From Octopus sinensis (Eukaryota), in assembly GCF_006345805.1 (NCBI RefSeq), contig NC_043023.1:12896001-12960000 (forward strand): 64,000 bases of DNA, read 5' to 3'. Shown here piece after piece: positions 41,672-56,670 of this stretch. The notes under the pieces were generated by a model, which did no database searches, had not been told where the DNA came from, and saw only the letters and a list, made by a program, of their open reading frames with translations. The position numbers were made by a program, and so were the translations under genes. Numbering within the stretch: the first letter of the stretch is position 1; every line of letters begins with the position of its first letter.

Positions 41672-43306
41672 ATTGTCCTTCCTTCACACTTCTCTCTCAT
41701 CTAAAGAACAATGCTTGGATACCTTTTGGGGATCTTTTCGGTTTGACCGGCAGTTTTTTAAAATAATTTCCACGTAACTAAACACTTTTAAACTTCGTAT
41801 ACTGGTAGAATGTGTTTATAAAACATCTTTTTCTCTTGGCTTTATTGAGAAAATTCAACGGTTTGTAAGATATTTGTTGTTTTTTTTCTTCAATTTCTGC
41901 AATTTCAACCAATCACTGACGTTTATTGAGGTAAAAAAAACATTCTGTGCCGTATGAATATGTCCCTCGTTTAAGAAACAGATTTTGTTTATTTATATTT
42001 GTGAAAAAAAATATATACCCTTCCCCTAAAACAGATTGAAATGCAATAGATTGATACCAGGGTCGTAATTATGGGTGACAATTTCATATGGCACCACTAG
42101 AAAAAACTGTCGTTCAAACCGAAAAGATCCGTTTTCACTTCTATATGATTACTTTAACATTGAAGGGTTCACATAATCCCATTATTTACTGGCAGGGTCA
42201 CTAGCACGCCAGACAAAATGCTTCACAATATTTCGTTCGTCAATAGCTTTGTTGAGGGATCTTTTCCTTTTCAACGGCAGTTTTCAACACAATTTCTAGT
42301 TAACTAAACACTTTAAAATTTCGTTTACTGGGAGAATGTGTCAAAATAAAACATTTTTTTCTCTTGGCTTTCTTGAGAAAATTGTAATTTGTAAGTTGTC
42401 TCTGTTTGATCTGGCAGTGTTTCTACAGATGCCCTTCCTAACGCCAACCACTCCAGAAGTGTAGTGGGTGCATTTTATGTTCCACCTGCACAGGTGCCAG
42501 GGGAGTCCGGCATCGGCCACGATCAGTTGGTGCTTTTAACGTGCTACCAGCACATTTTCTTAATCGTTGTCAGGTTCCAGCTTCGAAAAATAATTACTGT
42601 AACATAAAGAGGTTCACAGAATTCTATTATTCACATTATTATTATTATTAGTAGTAGTAGTAGTATTATCACTATTACAGCCTTAAAGTAAATCTTTATC
42701 AAAATACCGTATTCACAAATAAGCAACGAGTCAGTGAATCAGTAATTAAGCACCTTAATTAAGAATTTAATTGTTGAACCGGGGTTGAAATGTAGCAGAA
42801 GTTATTTCCCTTTACATGGTTGTCTTCTTTCAGTTCTCCTATAGGTGGCTCTACTGACTGGTGGGATTCGTTGTAGTTTCCTCTTTGTCCCTTTCTGTCA
42901 AGAACTTCACTTTCAAGGGTTTTCAAATTTTTACAAGATTCTTTCAATAAAGTGTACTCACACATTCGGATCTTTTCGGTTTGAACGGCAGTTTTTTCTA
43001 GCGGTGTCATATGAAATTGTCACCCATAATTATGACCCTAGTATCGATCTATTGCATTTCAATCTGTTTTAGGGTTAGGGGTGGGGAGGAGGGTATCTTT
43101 TTCCTTCACAAATGTAAATAAACCCAATCTGTTTCTTAAACGAGGGACATATTCATAAGGCACAGAATGTTTTTCACCGCAATGGACGTCCTAAGGACAT
43201 ACAGCCAAAGAAAGCAAGCAAAATATGAGTGGAACCTGGAGCAGCACTCTGGCTTGCCAGCTCAGGTCACAATTTCCCACCCAGGCATGCAAAGGAAATG
43301 GACACT

Positions 43307-43545
43307 GAAGAAGAAGAAAAAGAAGAAGGAGAAGATGGAGGAGGAGAAGAAGAAGAAGAAGAAGAAGAAGAAGAAGAAGAAGAAGAAGAAGAAGAAGAAG
43401 AAGAAGAAGAAGGAGGAGGAGAAGAAGGAGGAGGAGGAGAAGAAGAAGAATAAAAACAAAAAGAAGGAGAAGAAGAAGAAGAAAAAGAAAAAGAAGGAGG
43501 ATTAGGAGGAGAAGAAGAAGAAGAAGGATGAGGATGATGATGATG
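43307..43545 (+). repeat. (GAA/GGA)n-(GAT)n polypurine tract
   Basis: Longest copy. Others are at 3294-3337, 24136-24280, 35808-35968 and 63289-63329. Confidence 0.95.
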
Positions 43546-43817
43546 AAAACATAACAAAGACAAAATCAATGTCACTTAAAACTTTTATTCCTTATTCCCA
43601 TTCCTTTATTCTCTCATAACAAATTCCTCAAAAATCCAGCACAATCCTCTTCAGAAACCAAAGTCATCTCTGTGTTGATATATTTAGATATATAAATGAT
43701 ATTGAAGTTGTGATTCATGAATTTCATGTTGACATCCAAGAACCTGAAGTTGATAATGTCAAGCTTGAAGAGGAATAAACCCTGTCTTTTAGCAGACAAA
43801 ATATTCATAATTCTTGT

Positions 43818-44287
43818 CATCATCATCATTTAGCGTCCGCTTTCCATGCTAGCATGGGTTGGACGGTTCAACTGGGGTCTGGGAAGCCAGAAGGCTGCAC
43901 CTGGCCCAGTCTGATCTGGCAATGTTTCTACGGCTGGATGCCCTTCCTAATGCCAACCACTCCGTGAGTGTAGTGGGTGCTTTTTACGTGCCACCATTAC
44001 AGGCGCCTGATGGGGCTGGCAACGGCCACGATCGGATGGTGCGTTTCACGTGCCAGCCGCATGGGGGCCAGGCGAGTCTGGCAACGGCCATGATCGGATG
44101 GTGCTTTTTACATGCCACCAGCACTGGTATCACAGCTGCAATTTCCATTGATGTTGGTTGATTTTGATTTTGATTCTGATTCTCACTTGCCTCAAAAGGT
44201 CTTCACAAGAAGATAAGGTATGCATAAGTGGACTGGCTACATCCCAGGTAGAGGCCATGGGTTGTGGTCTCACTTGTCCTGCCGGGT
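43818..44287 (-). mobile_element. RTE LINE 3' tail in ZNF7 3' UTR
   Basis: Same homology and boundary. Confidence 0.9.
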
Positions 44288-44316
44288 TGTAACAAATTTT
44301 GATATTGATACGATTA

Positions 44317-44583
<267 letters not shown>

Positions 44584-45266
44584 TTACCACAGATATCACA
44601 ATGATATGGCTTCTCACCTGTATGAATATGTTCGTGCCCGTTTAAAGTAGAATGCTGGGAAAATGATTTACCACAGATATCACACTGATATGGTTTTTCC
44701 CCAGTATGAATACGTATATGAGTAGTCAAATTACTATTTCTAGTGAATGATTTACCACAGATATCACAATGGTTTGGCTTCTCTCCTGTATGAATAAGTT
44801 TGTGTTTATTTAATTCACCACTGGTAGAGTATGATTTACCACAGATATCACACTGATATGGTTTCTCTCCTGTATGAGTACGTTTGTGTTTAGGTAAGTC
44901 AGCACTTTGAGGAAATGATTTACCACAGATATCACACTGATGTGGCTTTTCCCCAGTATGAATAAATTTGTGATGAGTTAAATTGCTATTTTGAGGAAAT
45001 GATTTACCACAGATATCACACTGATGCGGCTTTTCCCCAGTATGAATAAATTTGTGATGAGTTAAAGTGCTATTTTCAGAAAATGATTTACCACAGATAT
45101 CACACTGATATGGTTTCTCTCCTGTATGAGTACGTTTGTGTTTAGGTAAGTCAGGACTTCGAGAAAATGATTTACCACAGATATCACACTGATATGGTTT
45201 TTCCCCAGTATGAACACGTCTCTGCCTTCTTAGATTACCACTTTGAAAGAATGACTTACCACAGAT

Positions 45267-47727
45267 GCAAAGAGAGAGGTTTGGAGATGCCACTATGAAA
45301 GGTTGCTGAATAAAGAAAATGAATGGGATAAAGAGAGTCTGCCGAATGTTGACCCAACAGAGGGACCAGCTATCCGAGTTGATAGTTCCGTGGTAGCTAA
45401 GGAAATTAGAAGCATGAAGACAGGGAAAGCCCCAGGCCGATCAGGAATTACTGCAGAGATGCTCAAAATATCTGGCAGTGTCGGCTATAACCTAGTCACC
45501 CGTATAGTTAACCAGGTGATACACGAAGGAGTCATACCCAATGACTGGTGTAGCAGCGTACTAGTCAACTGCTACAAAGGTAAAGGTGATGCCCTAGATA
45601 CAAATAATTACAGAGGTATCAAGCTGTTGGATCAGGTAATGAAGGTTACGGAGAGGGTCATAGCCCAACTGATTAGAGAGAGAGTTAGTTTAGATGAGAT
45701 GCAGTTTGGGTTTGTGCCAGGGAAAAGCACCACTGATGCTATATTCCTGGTAAGGCAGCTGCAGGAGAAATACCTAGCCAAAGATAAGCCCCTGTACCTG
45801 GCTTTCGTTGACATGGAGAAAGCCTTTGATAGGGTCCCCCGATCCCTCATCTGGTGGTCAATGAGGAAACTAGGGATAGATGAATGGCTGGTGAGGGCTG
45901 TGCAAGCCATGTACAGAGATGCCGTAAGCAAGGTTATGGTTGGCAACATGTACACAGAAGATTTCAAAGTAGAGGTTGGGGTCCACCAGGGTTCAGTACT
46001 CAGCCCCCTCCTATTTATCATAGTCCTCCAGGCAATAACAGAGGAATTCAAGACAGGTTGCCCCTGGAAGCTCCTCTATGCTGACGACCTCGCTCTAATT
46101 GTGAGTCACTATCAGAACTGGAGGAGAAGTTCCAGGTGTGGAAGGAGGGTTTAGAATCGAGGGGCCTTAGAGTCAACCTAGCTAAAACCAAAGTACTAAT
46201 AAGTAGAAAGATAGGCAATCCACAAATGTCCTCAGGAAGATGGCCCTGCTCGATCTGTAGAAAAGGTGTAGGTAGAAACTCTATAAGATGTACCCAGTGT
46301 AAGCTATGGACACATAAGAGGTGCAGCAATGTCAAAGGTAGGCTAACTGGGAAGATAGTTTTTATATGTGGCAGATGCTCGGGAGCATTAACCTCCGAAA
46401 ATCTGCAGAAAACAACTTCCGTCACTTTCCAGGGGGAAAAACTAGAAGTAGTTGATAGCTTCCGTTATCTAGGTGACCAAGTCAGTAGTGGGGGTGGGTG
46501 CGCTGAGAGTGTAACTGCTAGAATAAGAATAGCCTGGGCAAAGTTTAGGGAGCTCTTACCTCTGCTGGTGACTAAAGGCCTCTCGCTCAGAGTAAAGGGC
46601 AGACTGTATGATGCATGTGTTCGAACTGCCATGCTACATGGCAGTGAAACATGGGCCGTGACTGCTGAGGACATGCGTAAGCTCATGAGGAATGAAGCCA
46701 GTATGCTCCGATGGATGTGTAATGTCAGTGTACTTATTCGACAGAGCGTTAGTTCCCTGAGAGAAATGTTGTACCTAAGAAGCATCAGTTGTTGCGTGCA
46801 AGAGAGAAGATTGCGCTGGTATGGTCATGTGGCAAGAATGGATGAAGATAGGTGTGTGAGAAAGTGCCAATCCCTAGCAGTTGAGGGAACCCGTGGAAGA
46901 GGTAGACCCAGGAAAACCTGGGACGAGGTGGTGAAGCACGACCTTCGAACGTTAGGTCTCACCATGGAAATGACTAGAGACCGAGACCTATGGAAGTATG
47001 CTGTGCGTGAGAAGACCCGGCAAGACTAGTGAAGCCATAACCCGTGGCCCCTACCTGGGACGTAGTCAGTCCACCTGTGCATACCTTCCTGCTTGTGACA
47101 CTTGTGAAGACCTGTTGAGGCAAATCAAATCAAAGTCAAATCGAATCAAGTCAAACCAAATCAAAATAGATGAACATCAATGGAATTTGTATCCTTGTGG
47201 TACCAGTGCCGGTGGCACATAAGGAAACCATCCGAAAGGGACCGTAGCCGGTAACGCATCGACTGGCCTCCGTGCCTTGGGTACGTAACAAACACCATCC
47301 GATCGTAGCCGTTCGCCAGCCCGTCTGGCACCTATGTCGGTGGCACATAAGAAAAACACCGAAAACACAATATCCGAGCGTGGCCGTCTGCCAGCCTCGT
47401 CTGGCACCTGTGTCGGTGGCACATAAAAAACACCATCCGAGCGTGGCCGTCTGCCAGCCTCGTCTGGCACCTGTGTCGGAGGCACATAAAAAACACCATC
47501 CGAGCGTGGCCGTCTGCCAGCCTCGTCTGGCACCTGTGTCGGTGGCACATAAAATCACCCGCTACACTCTCGGAGTGGTTGGCGTTAGGAAGGGCATCAA
47601 GCTGTAGAAACAGTGCCAGATCTGACTGGCCTGGTGTAGCCTTCGGGCTTGCCAGACCCCAGTAGAACCGTCCAACCCATGCTAGCATGGAAAGCGGACG
47701 TTAAACGATGATGATGATGATGATGAT
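45267..47727 (+). mobile_element. 5'-truncated RTE-clade non-LTR retrotransposon (LINE)
   Basis: RT motifs include KAPGRSGI, NYRGIKLL, QFGFVPGKST, FVDMEKAFDRV, GVHQGSVLSPLLF and YADD. The C-terminus reads GRGRPRKTW. The 3' UTR contains a ~62-bp minisatellite and a (GAT)n tail. The endonuclease region is absent. Confidence 0.93.
45303..47029 (+). pseudogene. RTE ORF2 fragment (reverse transcriptase + PHD-like finger), one frameshift
   Basis: ORFs 45303-46154 and 46136-47029 join if one base is restored near 46100, just after YADDLAL. Confidence 0.88.
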
Positions 47728-48511
47728 CACAGTGATATGGCTTCTCTCTTTTATCATTGATTTTTGCTTTAGTTGAATTATTCATTATGAGAGAATAATT
47801 TCGTTATACATATCACAATGATAGTATCTGTTTCATTACTATGAATGTTTGTGTTCAAATGCATCAGAGAATAATTAAATGTTATGTTACTTTCATTGGT
47901 GATCTTGCTTAATATCTAAAACAGAAGATATAAATTGGTTAACTCTTTTGTAAAGTTACTCAAACTTAACCTGTAGGTTCATCATCATCTCTACATTCCA
48001 GATGGCAAAAAAAATGTTGCTCTTAATTCCATCATCCAGAAGAAATATTTCCCCATCGTTCGTCGAAGATTTTATTTATATAAAGAGGCTGATGTATTGA
48101 TGAATGTGCCTTATGAATATATGGTCTTCCTTTAATTGATGAAAGTCAATCAAAATATCAGACACACCTCTGAATGAAGAAATTTCTTTTAAATCAACAT
48201 GGTATGTCATTCTGAAATAGGAAAAAAATTCATTTCTATGAATATATTTGTGTTGCTATTTTCAGAGATTAATTTAATGCTATGCTTCTTTCATCTGAGA
48301 TTTTGCTCAATATGTAAATCAAGAGGTGACAATTGTCTAACCCTTTGTAAAGTTATCCAAGCTTAATTAACCTGTAAATCAATCATCTCCTCTATATTCC
48401 AGACAGCAAAGACTTCAAATTGTTGCTGTTAATTCCATCGTCCAGAAGAAATATTTTGCTGTTGTTTTTCACAGATTTCCTTTATAAGATAAGTTTGATG
48501 TATTGATGAAT

Positions 48512-49143
48512 CATCATCATCATCATCATCATCATTTAGTGTCCGTTTTCCATGCTAGCATGGGTTGGACGGTTTAACTGGGGTCTGTGAAGCCGGAAGG
48601 CTTTATCAGGCCCAGTCAGATTTGGCAGTGTTTCTACGGCTGGATGCCCTTCCTAACGCCAACCACTCCGTGAGTGTAGTGGGTGCATTTTACGTGCGAC
48701 CTGCACAGGTGCCAGACAGAGCTGGCAAACAGCCACGAACGGATGGTGTTTTTATGTGCCACCGGCACAGGGGCCAGTTGAGGTTGGCAACGGACAAGAA
48801 GGGATGGTGCTTTTACGTGCTACCGGCACGGGGACCAGGCGAGGCTGCCAACGGACACGAGCAGATGGTGCTTTTACATGCCAAAGGCACGGGGCCAGGC
48901 GACGCTGGCAACGGACAAACGATCGGATGGTTTGCTTAACCACAGCTGCAATTTCCACTGATGTTGATTTGGTTTGATTTTGACTGTTCTGAGGGGTCTT
49001 GCCGGGTCTTCTCACGCACAGCATACTTCCATAGGTCTCGGTCTCTAGTCATTTCCTTGGTGAGACCTAAAGTTCAAAGGTTGTGCTTCACCACCTCGTC
49101 CCAGGTTTTCCTGGGTCTACCTCTTCCACAGGTTCCCTCAACT
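48512..49143 (-). mobile_element. RTE 3' fragment including the RT C-terminus
   Basis: Encodes VEGTCGRGRPRKTWDEVVKH. The (CAT)n tail sits inside the ZNF7 leader. Confidence 0.85.
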
Positions 49144-49145
49144 CC

Positions 49146-49512
49146 TATATATATATATATATGTATGTATATATGAATGGATGCATGAATATATATACAT
49201 ACATATAAATATACATCTCCAAGGGATCTGGGTTCAAGTCCCATGGCTGGTTGTTGACAAAGTTTTAAATGGTGGTGCCCCAGCATGGCCACAGCTCATC
49301 AGCTGAAATCAGATGAAATGAAATGAAATATATATATATATATATATGCGTGTGTATGTGTGAGTGCAGATATATATATATATACAAATATATATATAAA
49401 TATACACACACACACACATATCTATATATACACACACACATATATACATATATATACACACACGCACATATATATATATACATATATATACACACATACA
49501 TATATATATATG
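49146..49512. repeat. (TA)n/(CA)n microsatellite block with a SINE fragment
   Basis: Directly visible. A further long (CA)n(TA)n tract is at about 39588-39670. Confidence 0.9.
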
Positions 49513-50576
49513 TAGAAAATTTTAGATTAAAAAAAAAACACTGCCTATCTTAATTTTGAAAAATAAATTTTTAAAAAACCCGCATTATTTATGGAATGAC
49601 ACAGAATACGTTTCTATCCTTCATTCACCGATTTACGTGACCGTCCGACTGCTTGTCGGTCTGACTCTCTCCATCTCCGTCTCTCAACCCCTGTACCATT
49701 TCGCAGGCATAACGATTGGTGTCAAGGGAGAATACTCACAAATATATGGTACTAGAGTTTGCTCCCTTGAACAATGTTGCGAAACCGCTTCAGTTCTATA
49801 TTCTCTCTTCAACGTCTTAAGGGAGACTACTCTTAAATATATGTGGTTTATATATATATATAAGAGTTCTCTCCCTTGAGACTATTTACCTACAAAATAG
49901 ATTTTATCGTCCGAAGTTTGCTAGTTTCGATTCTTGAACGACCGCCATGCTGGAGCACCACATCAGCGTGTTTACTCATACTCATCGACGGCTGGGCTTA
50001 TCTCTCTTCAGACTGCTACTCATTCCTTCCTTCTCCTTTTGTCGAATTGCTAAGTTACGATGACGTAAACAGCCGAAACCGAAAATGAAGCGTTGACTTG
50101 GGACAAACACAAGTCACAGATATGGAAATATGTGTGTGTGCGTGTTTGTCTGTGTGTGTGCATGTGTGTTTGCGCACGTAAGTGTGTGTGTGTGTGTCTG
50201 TGATATATATACACATGTATATATATACACCTTTTACACATTTTTTACCATTTTTGCCACCCGGGCGCCAATCTAGTACGGTTGATCGTGTGAATTTTCC
50301 AAGCCTCCTCCCCACCCCCTCCTTTGTCAGCGAGCTTTTTTTTTTCGTCATATTCCTTCAATATACGATGCCTTACACCTGTTACACATATTTTTTTCCA
50401 TTTTTGCCACCTGGGCGCGGATCTATAAATTAACCAAAATAATTTATTTACTTAGTTTAATAAAAAAAAATTGTAGGATCGACTACTTACGACTAGCTTG
50501 CGCGAGTGCGCCCACATTGAAAATGTCCAGTACACAAAAGAACAGCTGTCTGTCACAGGAAACAATAGAGAATCCT

Positions 50577-51063
50577 CATCATCATCATTGATTAACTCTC
50601 TGTTTTCCCTGCTAGCATGGGTTGGACGGTTGACTGGGGTCTGGGAAGCAGGAGGCTGCACCAGGTTGCAGTCTGATCTGGCAGTGTTTCTACAGCTGGA
50701 TGCCCTTCCTGAACGCCAACCACTCTGTGAGTGTAGTGGATGCTTTTTACGTGCCACCGGTACAGGGGCCAGGGGAGGCTGGCTTCGGCCACGATCGGTC
50801 GTTGCTTTTTATGTACCACCGGCACAGAGGCCAGGCGAGGCTGGCAATGGCCACGATCGGATGGTGCTTTTTACGTGCAACCAGTACTGGTATCACAGCT
50901 ACAATTTCCATTGATGTTGATTGATTTCGATTTTGATTCTCACTTGCATAAACAGGTCTTCAGTAGTAGAGTTTTCTGTCCCAAGAAGAAAAGGTATGCA
51001 TAAGTGGACTGGCTACATCCCAGGTAGAGACCATGGGTTATGTTCTCACTTGTCCTGCCGGGT
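50577..51063 (-). mobile_element. RTE LINE 3' tail in ZNF8 3' UTR
   Basis: Same homology and boundary. Confidence 0.9.
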
Positions 51064-51089
51064 TGTAACAAATTTTGATATTGATACGA

Positions 51090-52247
<1,158 letters not shown>

Positions 52248-53384
52248 CTACTTCAAGATTCACTACAAATATATTTGTATACACACACACATATATATGT
52301 ATATATAATAATACATATATATGCATAAATACATACGTATACGTACATACATGTTTGTTTATATTCGCGAGTGCCCGTTCTGCGTATTTTATTTTTTAGT
52401 ATAAAATAGTTAAAAAAATAGATTAATCGTTCTAATTTTCTCCGGTACTATTTAAGAAGAGTGGTCCCAGTGAGCGCACTCGCGCTAGTTAGTCGTGACT
52501 AGTCGATCCTACAACGACTACCTAGCAAAGTAAATAAAACACAAAATAAATAATTTTTTTACACAAAGTAAATAATTTTTTGGCGATCCTTCGGTATAAG
52601 TACCGTGAGTGGCTTTGTTTATATTTCTGAAGATAACAGACACTTTCTTGAAATGCATCTGGTACTTCCGGTACCTATACCGAAGTTACGTTCATTTTTT
52701 TAAAACAAAGTAAATAAAACAAAAATACAAGTAAGGATCGACTAGTCACGACTAGCTAGCGCGCCCACCGGGACCTCTCTTCTTAAATAGTACCCTTATA
52801 TGTTTGTTTATATTCGCGAGTGCCCGTTCTCCGTATTTTATTTTTTAGTATAAAATATTTAAAAAATAGATTAATCTTTCTAATTTTCTCCATACTTTAT
52901 GTATTCTGGATATATTTCCCATTTCCTAACTTTTTCTCACAAGTAAGCGTCATTATCTTGGAGAGGTGCGCGGTACTACTAGCGAACAGCGGTCCAGGTG
53001 CGCGCACTCGCGCATTCGTGCAAGCTAGTCGTATGTAGTCGATCCTACGACTTTTTAACCCTAACCTTAGTTTGTTTACAAAAATAATGTACTTACGACT
53101 AGCTAACGCGAGTGCTCGCACCGGGACCACTGTTCGCTAGTAGTACCTTATCATTATTGGTATTATCATCATCATTACAGCCTTAAAATAAATCTTTGTC
53201 AACTTACCGTATTCAGATACAAACAACGAGTCAGTGATCGTTAATTAAGCACCTTAATTAATTAATTAAGGAAAGTTATATCCCTTTATATGGTTATAGT
53301 TCTTCAATTTTCTGACTGGTTCGTTTCGTTCCGGTGTCCCATTCTGTCAACGATTTTACCTTCAAGGTATTATAGAATATATAC

Positions 53385-53544
53385 ACTCAAATATTCTAAT
53401 CTACGACCGTTTCCAGCGCACGAACTGGACCCCGTCGCAGACACCGAAAGAAAGAAGGCATCTTTGACTTATATCTTCCTGATGTGACGTCAGGCCGTTG
53501 CACTTCCGATCCGTTTCTGACGTTATTTTCTCTCCTGTCCAATC
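53385..53544 (-). promoter_or_regulatory. Decaying promoter + exon 1 of ZNF8
   Basis: Donor GT>TT at 53390, and one CRE mutated to TGACGTTA. Confidence 0.65.
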
Positions 53545-54297
53545 ATTGTCCTTCCTTCACACTTCTCTCTCATCTAAAGAACAATGCTTGGATACCTTTT
53601 GGGGATCTTTTAACGCGCCACCCGCACAAGGGCCAGACAGAAGTGGCAAACGGTCACGAACGGTTGGTGCTTTTACGTGTCATTGGCACAGGGGCCAGGC
53701 GAGGCTGGCAACGGACACAAACGGGTGGTGCTTTTACATGCCACCGACACGGGCGCCAGACAGAGCTGGCAAACGGCCACGAACGGATGGTGCTTTTACG
53801 TGTCACCGGCACATGGCCATCGAGGCTGGCAACGGACACGAATGGGTGGTGCATTTACGTTCCACCGAAACGGGGACCAGGCAGAGCTGGCACACGGCCA
53901 AGAACGGATGGTGCTTTTACGTGTCACTGGCACAGGGGCCAGGTGAGGCTGGCAACGGACACGAATGGGTGGTGCTTTTACGTGTCACCGACACGGAGGC
54001 TAGACGGTGCGGCGCCGGAAACGACCACGATCGGATGGTTCGCTTAACCACAGCTGCAATTCCCACTAATGTTGATCGACCTCAATTTGGTTCTGCTTTC
54101 TGATATATGAATTGATTTGGTTTGATTTTGATTTTGACTGTTCTCACTGGTCTTGCTAAGTCTTCCATTTTTAAAAGTATTTTATACTAACAAATAAAAT
54201 ATGGAGAACGGGCACTCGCGAATATAAACAGATCATGTCGTGTAGCCAGCTGTAGATGTCTCCTTAGGTTGAATTACATCAACATCTCTATATATAT

Positions 54298-55314
54298 TGT
54301 TACTGAATCACCCGTCGCCGCTCGCCCGAACGGGCAGGTTTGCCACGGAACCCAGAGAGAGGAGAGATAGAACAACAACATCAACTGTAGCAGCAGCAGA
54401 GAGACACAGAGGCAACCGAGAGAGACACAAAACTGCAAGGCAACAACTGGCTTACATTTAACAACTAGTTTATGACAATTAATTGTTACAACATCAAAGC
54501 ATTTAAAGGAAACAACAAATCAATACAGGTATACAACAGATCAAAGCATTTAAACATGCAAGAAACAATATAACAGTCCGGTAACGACACAACAAGTCAT
54601 ATACAGTTCGAAGGACATTATACAATGTTCAAATCACAACACTGTACAAAATGTCTTTACACAATTCACATTGTTCATTTCACTGTCTCAGTTCTTTTCA
54701 CTGTTCAATACACCAATTCTTTTTTTTCCTTCTACAGTCTCTTTACATCGTAGCACGTATCAATACAATTAAATACCTTAATTCCTGATTAGAATAGACA
54801 GTGTCCCATATTGTAGTTTCTCTCTCTCTGTCGCCTATTCCTCTGTATATATCCCTTTTTGCGCTGCTAGATCCAACCTGCCAAGCTCTCGCATCCCAAC
54901 CGCTTGCTCTGACTTCCAAAATCCGACTGTGCAAAAACCTCACTTGCTCTGTCCTTGCCACTACCATAGCTCTGCTATACTCTCTGCCTGTCTTCCTCTG
55001 CCCCTCATCCTCTCTCACTGCTAATATCCTCTCTATCTGCTCTCAGCCCTAACTGCCTATCTCTATCCTCAATCTGTCTCTTAGCCTTATACTCTCTCTA
55101 TCTGCTCTCAGCCCTTACTCTATCTTTCTCACTACTTTCCTCTTCCTCGGCCCTCACATCTCTCTGACCCCAAATCGACCGCACAAGGCCAAAAGGTCCC
55201 TCCAAAAAGCCATTACTCTTCCAGTAAACAAAGGGCTGTTGCTTTTCTTCAAGACGTGCCGGCGCCACTCCCAAAAAGTGGGTCAAGAAATACTGCACTA
55301 GCCAAACCATAACA
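54298..55314. mobile_element. Probable solo LTR (1017 bp)
   Basis: TGTTA...TAACA termini, ATAT 4-bp TSD, no coding capacity. Absent from paralogous sites near 15340 and 27775. Confidence 0.65.
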
Positions 55315-56137
55315 ATATAAATGGCTAAATGTCTGTCTGTGTGTGCCTGTCCTTTATACAAATCCACAATTTTCAGTTAGAGGGCTTGCACTTTCTATGG
55401 TCATTCAAAACCGTCCAAGAGTGGTCGTGCACATCTTTACATTTCCCCAGTCACCCCGCAAAGCCATTAAATATATATATAAACGGCAAAATGTCTGTGT
55501 GTGTGTCTTTTTTACAAATCCACAATTTTTCAGTTAGAGGGCTCGCACTTTCTATGGTCATTCAAAACCTTCCAAGGGTGGTCGTGCACATCTTTACATT
55601 TCCCCAGTCACCCCGCAAAGCCATTAAAAAATCAATAGAACAAGGATCTCTGAACAAATAACAATATCTATCTTTCTGTCTGTACAAGCGTTACATCTCT
55701 GGACAATCAGCAGCTAGGTCGCCTTGGTGCAGAAGCAGCAGAGACAGTTTAATCACGATTGTGAAGGCATACTTCACAGATTCGCTGAAGTCATGGATCA
55801 CCTTCAGAATTCCAGCCACACGGAGCTGGTCAAGTTGCGTCCGGCTTGGTTGGAAGCAGGGGCGAAGAGAGAGAGAGGACGGTGGTCAAGCCTATCTGAT
55901 GCTGATGATGACTGCACATACACATAAGGGGCTTCCGGCAGGCTCTTACCCCTGCGTGGATGAAAATCCTAAAGTGGTGTCCGGGACAAGGCGTCACTAC
56001 AGGGCTCCCCCTTGAGTGCAGGGCATGAAAATAGAAAGATTGTAGTGGCACCAGAAATAAGATGGCTACCGATTATCCAGAAACCATGGCACAAAATATG
56101 ACAACTCAAAAGAAAATGTAATCACAATATACATATA

Positions 56138-56540
56138 GGCGCAGGAGTGGCTGTGTGGTAAGTAGCTTGCTTACCAACCACATGGTTCCGGATTCAGTCC
56201 CATTGCGTGTCACCTTGGGTAAGTATCTTCTACTATTGCCTCAGGCCGACCAATGCCTTGTGAGTGGATTTGGTAGACGGAAACTGAAAGAAGCCCGTCG
56301 TATATATGTATATATATATATATGAATGTGTGTGTGTGTTTGTGTGTCTGTGTATTTCCCCCTAGCATTGCTTGACCACCGATGCTGGTGTGTCTATGTC
56401 CCCGTCACTTAGCAGTTCGGCAAAAGAGACCGATAGAATAAGTACTGGGCTTACAAAAGAATAAATCCCGGGGTCGAGATGCTCTATTAAAGGCGGCGCT
56501 CCAGCATGGCCACAGTCAAATGACTGAAACAAGTATAAGA
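56138..56540 (+). mobile_element. tRNA-derived SINE
   Basis: Uninterrupted paralogous copy. Confidence 0.75.
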
Positions 56541-56670
56541 GAAAGAGAAAGAGAGAATAAGCATGCACAAAAAATTTTATTTTTACAAAATGTTTAATAA
56601 CAAAACATTGGAAATGTCCAGTACACAAAAGAACAGCTGTCTGTCACAGGAAACAATGGAGAATCCTCCT

